From: Candidatus Iainarchaeum sp.
GTDB taxonomy: Archaea > Iainarchaeota > Iainarchaeia > Iainarchaeales > 0-14-0-20-30-16
Direction: 5' to 3'
Length of the DNA: 7,406 nucleotides
Assembly: GCA_903916665.1 (NCBI GenBank)
Contig: CAIWXP010000049.1
Location: 1-7,406 of the forward strand
The translations under genes were made by a program, and so were the position numbers. Shown here in pieces: positions 1 to 6,000 of this stretch. Position 1 is the stretch's first letter; each line of letters starts with the position of its first letter. The notes beneath the pieces were generated by a model. It worked only from the letters and a program-made list of their open reading frames with translations. It was not told the DNA's origin and ran no database searches.

Positions 1-78
1 ACCTCCCGGAACCGTCAATTCCTGTTCTTCGCTGTCGGCTGTCAGAAGCAGCCCTGTGTTTAAGTTGAAGTGTAGCAT
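1..78 (-). CDS. Partial CDS (N-terminal 26 codons only, continues past the left edge); hypothetical protein
   Basis: The reverse-complement ATG at 76-78 opens MLHFNLNTGLLLTADSEEQELTVPGG with no stop before position 1. An in-frame upstream ATG at 157-159 would add 27 codons, but it would place the promoter-like box and the 11-bp inverted repeat inside coding sequence. The fragment is too short to assign a family. Confidence 0.4.
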   Translation of the reverse strand, partial: MLHFNLNTGLLLTADSEEQELTVPGG

Positions 79-106
79 GGCATCTGTTAAACCTTTTATT
101 TCGCGT

Positions 107-139
107 TCTTTGTTGTCGTCGGTTAACTGACAACAAAGA
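107..139. promoter_or_regulatory. Perfect 11-bp inverted repeat TCTTTGTTGTC / GACAACAAAGA with an 11-nt spacer (operator-like or 5' leader hairpin)
   Basis: Arms at 107-117 and 129-139 are exact reverse complements. The spacer GTCGGTTAACT contains the GTTAAC palindrome. No T-run follows on either strand, so it is not an intrinsic terminator. It lies 29-61 nt upstream of the minus-strand start codon at 78. Confidence 0.5.
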
Positions 140-141
140 TA
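134..141 (-). promoter_or_regulatory. Candidate Bacteroidota -7 promoter box (TATCTTTG on the minus strand)
   Basis: It matches the Bacteroidetes sigma-A -7 consensus TAnnTTTG and lies ~56 nt upstream of the start at 78. It overlaps the right arm of the inverted repeat. I found no convincing -33 TTTG at the expected spacing. Confidence 0.3.
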
Positions 142-236
142 TTCATTACAAATGAACATCTTTAATATTATTTATTCATTTGCAATGAACATTTTGACTT
201 ATTAATATTCATCCTCAATGAAAATGACAATATAAA
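138..236. repeat. Three tandem 33-bp units, each carrying the palindrome TTCATT-N3-AATGAA (putative transcription-factor binding array)
   Basis: Palindrome cores are at 142-156 (TTCATTacaAATGAA), 175-189 (TTCATTtgcAATGAA) and 208-222 (TTCATCctcAATGAA). Centres at 149, 182 and 215 are exactly 33 bp apart. Units 1 and 2 share 22 of 33 positions by hand alignment. Confidence 0.6.
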
Positions 237-242
237 AGAAAC

Positions 243-277
243 AAAAAAAGCCTGTAAAAATTTACAAGCTTTTTTTA
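243..277 (-). terminator. Rho-independent terminator of the T9SS cargo gene (bidirectional in form)
   Basis: The hairpin spans 249-270. On minus-strand RNA, AGCUUGUAA pairs with UUACAGGCU (including one G-U pair) and is followed by U7. An A7 run lies on the other side. It sits 16 nt downstream of the stop codon at 293-295. Confidence 0.7.
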
Positions 278-292
278 TTTTATAAACGTTTA

Positions 293-2236
293 TTATTGAA
301 TAACCAGTTTCCTTGATGAATTTGTCTCTTCGTTAAATATCCTTACCATATAAACGCCTTTAGCCAGATGTGAAAGGTCAATACGGGCAGTAGCATTTCC
401 AGTAATTTTATCAGCATATATGAGCTGCCCCAGTAATGAGTAAATAGCAATATCTGCGGGTTTATTAATCCCGGTTACTGAGAAGTTTGTTATTCCTGTT
501 GAGGGGTTAGGAACAAGGCTTACACTTATATTACTATTATTTTCATTAATGCCGACACAAGTTGTAAAGGTAACGCTGATAGTATCGGAGGCAGTACATG
601 CCCCTTTAGTAACACTAACAGCATATAAAAATGTTCCAACACCAACACTTGCCCCATTAATAGTAACTGACGGTGTTGTTTGTCCGCCAGACCACAAATA
701 AGAATCATAACCGGCGCCGGCATTAAGTACAATTGAACTGGTTACACATAAAGTAGTATCATGACCGAGATAAATATCATTAAATTTGGTAACAGCAACA
801 TCATCAGTAGCGGTACAACCCAATGCGTCGGTTACTGAAACTGTGTAGGTCGTGTTTGCAATAGGAGAAGCAACGAATGCGGCATTCGTATTCCCTCCCG
901 GGGTCCAAAGATAAGAACTCATACCAGGAGTTGCAGAGATAAGGACGGTACCTCCGGGACAAAAAATTGCAGGGTTAGCTGAAGCATTCGGTGCAGGAGC
1001 CGGATTTATTGTAACAATTACACTTTGTGAGGCAGAACAGCCATTAGAGCCTGTAACGGTAACTGTATAAGTTGTGATGACAGTAGGTGTTACCGTTAAA
1101 TTAGGCAAAGACCCCAGGGGGTGCCCGCTCCACTGATATGAAATGCCATTGGATGCCGATAGTACTGATGAGCTTCCCAGGCAAACTGCTGCAGGCGTAG
1201 CTGTTGCATTTGGGACAGGAGAAGGTGTGATTGTAATGCTTGTTAACATTGAATCAAGGTTATCGCAAGATCCGCCAAATACATAAAGTTTAACAGGATA
1301 TGTTCCTGCACTAGCGTAAGTTACTACAGGCACCAAAGCAGAAGATGTAGAGGGTGTAGCACCGGCCAGAACCCAATAAACAGAATTCTGTACAGAAGCA
1401 GAAGCATTTAATGTTACAGGAGACCCCGCACAAGTATTGGTTGCAGATTGCGTAAAGGAAGCATGGGCAAAAACATTTGTCATCACCGGAAATATAGCAA
1501 GAGAGATATTCAGCCCCCACGAACTGGCATTAGTATAACTATACCAATTATTATCTGTCTGCATTTCCCATGTAGCAGTAGGTGAAGTTTCAGGATCTAC
1601 ATTACTCTGGATGCTAAGCGTATCATGAGATGTTGTCCAGTCTAATCCGCTCATGTCAATACCCATAAAAAAGGCTGCTCCTGATACAAGCACAGGACTA
1701 GCAAAGTGAACGTCAGTAAAATAATTACCATTTACATCGGTCATTAATTTCTGCATAGTGACTGTTTGTGAAGCGAGCACCGTGCCGGGATTACCACTGA
1801 CGACATTCCAAATCTTTACTGTGACGGTTTTTGAAGGGGTAGTTGAATACGCTTTTGCCAAAGCTATCATGCCGCCAAGAACATATGTGTTGGCGCCCGT
1901 ATTCGGGAAATAAGCAGCTTTGACTTTATCACCATAGGTATTTACACCATTTACAAAGCCTGAAGAAAATTGTGGGGTTGCCGTAACTGAATAGCTTGTA
2001 ACCGTCCACGTGTTTTTATAAGCGTTCAAATTCAGCGTATCGCATGCCGATTTTGAAGAATTCTTTTTGGCAAATAATGCAGTATTTGAGGGTGCTGATT
2101 TACCCTGAAAATCGCGTGCTGCTGAAACCGATTTTGCTGGTTTGGCTTTAATTTTATTTTGTGCATTGGCCGCAGTGCCGATTGAAAAGAAAACAACGGT
2201 GAAGGTTAATGCAATGCAAAGTAATTTTGTTTTCAT
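293..2236 (-). CDS. Secreted multidomain cell-surface protein, T9SS (Por) cargo: signal peptide, unknown N-terminal domain, PKD-like domain, three Cys-bracketed Ig-like repeats, T9SS C-terminal sorting domain
   Basis: A complete 647-aa ORF is in the supplied track. The N-terminus MKTKLLCIALTFTVVFFSIGTAANA|Q is a typical Sec signal peptide. The C-terminal ~80 aa (VSLVPNPSTGITNFSV...IYSLLGQLIY...LAKGVYMVRI...KLVIQ) matches the Bacteroidota T9SS sorting-domain pattern. A terminator lies downstream and a promoter-like box upstream. Confidence 0.9.
   Translation of the reverse strand: MKTKLLCIALTFTVVFFSIGTAANAQNKIKAKPAKSVSAARDFQGKSAPSNTALFAKKNSSKSACDTLNLNAYKNTWTVTSYSVTATPQFSSGFVNGVNTYGDKVKAAYFPNTGANTYVLGGMIALAKAYSTTPSKTVTVKIWNVVSGNPGTVLASQTVTMQKLMTDVNGNYFTDVHFASPVLVSGAAFFMGIDMSGLDWTTSHDTLSIQSNVDPETSPTATWEMQTDNNWYSYTNASSWGLNISLAIFPVMTNVFAHASFTQSATNTCAGSPVTLNASASVQNSVYWVLAGATPSTSSALVPVVTYASAGTYPVKLYVFGGSCDNLDSMLTSITITPSPVPNATATPAAVCLGSSSVLSASNGISYQWSGHPLGSLPNLTVTPTVITTYTVTVTGSNGCSASQSVIVTINPAPAPNASANPAIFCPGGTVLISATPGMSSYLWTPGGNTNAAFVASPIANTTYTVSVTDALGCTATDDVAVTKFNDIYLGHDTTLCVTSSIVLNAGAGYDSYLWSGGQTTPSVTINGASVGVGTFLYAVSVTKGACTASDTISVTFTTCVGINENNSNISVSLVPNPSTGITNFSVTGINKPADIAIYSLLGQLIYADKITGNATARIDLSHLAKGVYMVRIFNEETNSSRKLVIQ
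296..535 (-). other. T9SS C-terminal sorting domain (aa ~568-647)
   Basis: The motifs VPNPSTG, IYSLLGQ, LxxGVYMVRI and a terminal KLVIQ are the conserved strands of the Por secretion-tail family (TIGR04183-type). I recognised this from the translation and ran no search. Confidence 0.8.
551..1216 (-). other. Three tandem ~72-77 aa Cys-bracketed Ig-like repeats (aa 341-412, 413-485, 486-562)
   Basis: The recurring pattern is C-x-G-x(3-4)-L-x-A..(S/G)Y-x-W-(S/T)..G....TY-x-V-x-V-T...GC-x-A-(S/T)-(D/Q)..V-x-V. Examples are VCLGSSSVLSASNGISYQWSG...YTVTVTGSNGCSASQSVIVTI and FCPGGTVLISATPGMSSYLWTPGG...YTVSVTDALGCTATDDVAVT. Confidence 0.6.
1226..1465 (-). other. PKD-like Ig-fold domain (aa ~258-337)
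   Basis: ASFTQSATNTCAGSPVTLNASAS...YWVLAGATPSTSS...VTYASAGTYPVKLYVFGGSCD follows the PKD pattern (F..C.G..V.F...S...W.F..G..S......Y...G.Y.V.L.V). The assignment is from the motif only. Confidence 0.5.
2162..2236 (-). other. Sec-type signal peptide (aa 1-25)
   Basis: It has a basic n-region (MKTK), a hydrophobic core (LLCIALTFTVVFFSIG) and an A-x-A cleavage motif (ANA before Q). Confidence 0.75.
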
Positions 2237-2284
2237 GTAATACTGTTTTAGTAAATAATAAGATTGTGGCTTGAATTAACGACA

Positions 2285-2292
2285 CAAATCTA
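2285..2292 (-). promoter_or_regulatory. Candidate Bacteroidota -7 promoter box (TAGATTTG on the minus strand) for the T9SS cargo gene
   Basis: It is an exact match to TAnnTTTG, 49 nt upstream of the ATG at 2236, within an AT-rich intergenic region. A TTTG lies immediately upstream but not at the canonical -33 spacing. Confidence 0.4.
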
Positions 2293-2363
2293 CAAAACTT
2301 TTATTAAACAAGATAAAATGTTTATTGATTTTATTTTGTTCTAAAAACAATAGCTATAAAAAC

Positions 2364-2392
2364 AAAAAAAGCCTGCAGAATTTCTACAGGCT
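2364..2392 (-). terminator. Rho-independent terminator of the truncated T9SS paralogue
   Basis: On minus-strand RNA, AGCCUGUAG pairs with CUGCAGGCU (one G-U pair), leaving a 5-nt AAAUU loop, and is followed by U7 (plus-strand A7 at 2364-2370). It lies ~25 nt downstream of the stop at 2417-2419. Its layout parallels the terminator at 243-277. Confidence 0.65.
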
Positions 2393-2416
2393 TTCAAATG
2401 CTCTTTTAAATGTTGA

Positions 2417-2569
2417 TTATTGAATAACCAGTTTTCTTAATGAATTTGTTTCTTCATTAAATATTCTTACCATATAAACGCCCTTAGGCAGATGCGATAG
2501 GTCTATACGGGTTGTTGTGTTACCGTTAATTTTATCAGCATACATAAGCTGTCCAAGCAATGAGTAAAT
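2417..2569 (-). pseudogene. 3' fragment (last 50 codons plus stop) of a paralogous T9SS cargo gene, truncated at the composition junction
   Basis: Minus-strand translation gives IYSLLGQLMYADKINGNTTTRIDLSHLPKGVYMVRIFNEETNSLRKLVIQ*. An ungapped hand alignment of 2417-2569 to 293-445 shows 130 of 153 identical nt (85%). Similarity stops dead at 2569/2570, and no remaining part of the gene is present. Confidence 0.8.
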
Positions 2570-2922
2570 GTAATGGATTATTAAGTAATAAGTTTGTAGA
2601 TTTTTATGCCATTTATGAAAATAAACTTTATGATGGTAATAAATTATTTAAATTAGATGATTCAAAAGATAGTTTGGTTTTAAGAAATGATCAATTAAAA
2701 GGAGTACAGTTAATAGTAATTAAATCATTAGAAGAAGAATCTAATTCTGGTTGTAATGGTAATTGGCAAAACTATTCTCTAAATAGTATGCAAGATGTTA
2801 TTGATAATTTTAATACTAAAAACATATTATATTTGACTATTCCTGAAGATGGCGAGAATCCAATGTTTGTATATATTTGGGATCACAATGCGTTGATACA
2901 TAACCCTTACACTTGTAGCTAA
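2560..2922 (+). CDS. Small hypothetical protein (120 aa as listed); N-terminus unreliable, possibly the 3' part of a gene cut by the junction
   Basis: This ORF is in the supplied track. Its ATG (2560-2562) lies in the Bacteroidota-like block, while everything from codon 4 onward is in the ~25% GC block, and the next in-frame Met is far downstream. Codon usage (TTA, AAT, GAT, AAA) matches the giant ORF downstream. I recognised no motif. Confidence 0.45.
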   Translation: MSKCNGLLSNKFVDFYAIYENKLYDGNKLFKLDDSKDSLVLRNDQLKGVQLIVIKSLEEESNSGCNGNWQNYSLNSMQDVIDNFNTKNILYLTIPEDGENPMFVYIWDHNALIHNPYTCS

Positions 2923-2996
2923 TTATTAACTCATTTAGTTACCTTTATAAATCTTCATAGCTATATTTTATCACATATTAATTATATTATATAGTT

Positions 2997-3007
2997 AGGA
3001 TAGGGGA
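2997..3007 (+). promoter_or_regulatory. Shine-Dalgarno-like purine tract AGGAtAGGGGA upstream of the giant ORF
   Basis: The G-rich tract ends 5 nt before ATG 3013 and is the only G-rich patch in a 90-nt AT-rich intergenic region. The match to GGAGG/GGTGAT is imperfect. Confidence 0.3.
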
Positions 3008-3012
3008 TAATT

Positions 3013-6000
3013 ATGGCTATTGATCAAGAATTACAAAACTCAGATATAGGGGAGTTACAAAGTGAAATTAAAGCAACAAAGGGATTTCCTTGGAAACCAA
3101 TAATAATAGTTGCATCTATTCTAATTGTTTTAATAGCAGGATTATTAACCTATTTATTTGTGTTACCACATAACGCAGATGTAACATTTTCATTTTTCTT
3201 AAACGATTCCCCTGTTGCAGAAAATCTAAATGTTCAATTGTCCTACGGTAGTACTGTTTTAGATTTAAACAGTGATAAAAATATATTATTAGTAAGCTTA
3301 CCTAAAAATGTTGATGTTAAGCTAAATATTACAACAACAGGTTATCAAATAACAAAAAATTATTATACTGATTCTGATTTATTTAAAGTAAATATAATCA
3401 AACCAGTTAATGTTGAAGAGGTTGCAAAATTACAAGGTCCGACTCAAGAAATTGTTAATTTTAAAATTTATAAATATCCTACAACAACTATATTATACTC
3501 AAGTCCTATATTATTAAATTTAAGTTGTTCTAGTTCTGGAAAATCAGATCAAATAACAGTTAATGGTTCACAAAGTTACACTAAACCAGATAACTGTGGT
3601 TCTTTAGTAGTAACAGGAAATCCAGATGGATTTAAAGCAGTAAACCAAAGATGTGGAGATAGTTGTCAAATAATATTATATGACGATGTTCAAGTAACCC
3701 CTCAACAAGTTGTTGACGTATCTAAAAATAATTTAGTTATAAAAACGATTACTAAATTTGATAATACTGTAATTCCCGATGTAAATGTTGTTTTAAGTCA
3801 AAATAGTTCTTTTTTGTCAGAAGGAATAACAGATGAAAATGGATATTTAGAATTTATTGATTTGCCTTTAGGAGACTATGCTATAAATGCATCGATAAAA
3901 TTGAAAAATAAAATATATTCATTAGCAGATGATGTTAATATTTATTTAGATAGTAATTCAATAACAAAAGTGTTATTATTTAATATTGGAAAAGGTGGCT
4001 CAGGTAATGATTGGGTTTCTGCAAATGATTCTCAAAATAGTACTTTATCATTAACTATAAAAACATTTGATGGTAATGATTGTAATGTTGGCATAGATAT
4101 TTTTGATGTTAATGGAAAAACAATCACTGATCCTCAAGGAGTGTTAATTAACGCAAATGAGAAACAAGAATTTGATTTTGGCTCAGAAAATGGAAATTAT
4201 TTTATAGATGCAATACCTATAGATAATTGTCAATTTAAATATCTTCCAATATATAATTATCCTTTTGATTTTGCAAAAACTAAAGATATAAGTTTAACTT
4301 TACAAGATTTTAATAAATTACAATATTTCATATTGAATGTTCAACCTACAATTTTTGGAGAAAATAAAACAGGAATTAATGTTTCAATTTCAGATGTAAA
4401 TTATATTAAGAATATAATATTGTCTGGATTAGTAACTCAAGATCCAAGCGAATTATATTTTGTTTTAAAGAATGATATAAATTATTATGTAACTGCAAAT
4501 TTAGTTAATGCATTAGGTACAAATGATTACAATGGAAGTACATATTATGAATATATTAAAAATAAAACTATAACTGCAAAAAAAGATGATTCAAATTATT
4601 ATACTGATAGGATAAACTTACCTTTACAATATGTTGGTGCAAACATTGATTTAAACTTAAATGTTTTGTTTGAAAACGAACAAACACACGAATTTAAAGT
4701 TTATGCACAATACAATAATTTAACAGTAGAATTTGACGGCAATAATAGTTTAGCGCAATTAAAAGTGCCAAAAGATACAATGATTAATTTAATAATAGAT
4801 TATAATATAGTAACTTCACAATATCCTCTTGTTTTTGTAGCTCCAGGTACAGATCTTAAAACAATTACAAATAATCCAATTGAAGTAACAAATCAATTTG
4901 TTTATTACTTTAATCCATTATCTTTTAGTAATTCAACAACAATAAATGCAAATATTGATCCAAGTATTAAAGAACCTAAAGCATTTAAGGATGAAGTATA
5001 CAATGATTCTGCTTTAACAAATTCAGTTAAAGATAAGAATGTTTTAGCAAATAAAGATTATTATTTAGGATTTGATGTTGTATTGCAAAATATTACAAAT
5101 TTTAATTGTTTAGACAGAATAAATAAAGGTGCAGCAGATCCGGGAAAGCAAGATAAATCAAAATGTAATGAAAAATTAAGTGCATTTTATGCAAAAGATG
5201 TATCTCCAAATGTATTTGATATTAAAAATATATCAAATGAAACAGTACAATCAACGGATGATAATTATTATTATGTTTTAAATAGTTTAGATAATACTAT
5301 GGGCGAAACTGATATGACAACAAGAATTATGAGATATGTTGTTAAAATAACTCCAAATGAGTTATCTAGCGGTAAAACAGGTATATTCAATTATGGTGCA
5401 TTGTTTAATGAAAATCAGAGTAGTAAAGATGTATCTATAGAACCAAACCTAAGCAAAGATAAAAATATTGAATTTTATGTTGATGGCAAAAAAGCATTAA
5501 CTGACTTTCCGCCCTATGTGTTAAATGCTTTGGATAAAGGAATGGATATTTATTCAATGTCTTCAGAAATGTCAGCTCTTTTAAAATATACATTTACAAA
5601 TTTTGTTGATGTAAATATTAATGGTCCTGAAAAACAAACTGGAGAAATATTTGTTTTGGCCAAAGGAAATTGTTATACAGTTAAAACTGCAAATTGGACT
5701 TCAAAAGTATCTAATTTACAAAATTGGGCAAATGATTTATATGTTGCAACATTTACAAAATTTTTTAGTTTAGATAAAGGAATTGTGGACAAAAATATTT
5801 TATCAGATGGTAAATTAGAATTAAGTATGGATTTGAATTTAAATTTATTAAAAACTATGAATTTACCAGACTCAATAGATGCTAAATTAGATTTGAACTT
5901 ACAAGAAATTGCATGTTCAAAAATAAATGTAGGCACAACAACAGTAAGACCAAATACGGGATTTAGTAATTCTGATATTATAAATGAAGTAATAAAAAAT

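Noticed and set aside
152-205. A plus-strand micro-ORF (MNIFNIIYSFAMNILTY, 17 aa) and a following 5-codon ORF (MKMTI) inside the repeat array
   Set aside because: The ATGs are simply part of the AATGAA half-sites, and no ribosome-binding context is visible. The repeated MNI is a by-product of the DNA repeat.
138-236. The 33-bp direct repeats considered as a miniature CRISPR array or plasmid iterons
   Set aside because: The units are contiguous with no spacers, there are only three of them, and they are only ~67% identical outside the palindromic core. No cas or rep gene is visible. A phased operator array fits better.
526-732. A 68-aa minus-strand ORF from the supplied track
   Set aside because: It lies entirely inside the 647-aa T9SS gene in a different frame of the same strand. 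Its product is a low-complexity Leu/Val-rich peptide. It has no independent start context, so it is a shadow ORF.
1311-1520. A 69-aa minus-strand ORF from the supplied track
   Set aside because: It is nested in an alternative frame of the T9SS gene. The implausibly Cys/Phe-rich product (12 Cys in 69 aa) is typical of an out-of-frame translation.
2927-2941. A hairpin TAACT-cattt-AGTTA after the small ORF, considered as a terminator
   Set aside because: The stem is only 5 bp and AT-rich, and no T-run follows. It cannot be told apart from chance in this composition.
2570-3012. Mobile-element hallmarks at the start of the AT-rich block (terminal inverted repeat, att site, integrase or transposase, tRNA target)
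   Set aside because: None can be supported. Only trivial AT-rich mini-palindromes such as TAATGGATTA occur at the boundary. The other end of the block is outside the window, so I make no mobile-element call.
3079-3165. The K-G-F motif just before the hydrophobic segment, considered as a class III (prepilin/archaellin-type) signal peptide cleavage site
   Set aside because: The charged and prolyl tetrad PWKP separates the motif from the hydrophobic core, and there is no Glu at +5. A 1,400+ aa passenger is not pilin-like. A plain signal anchor is the simpler reading.
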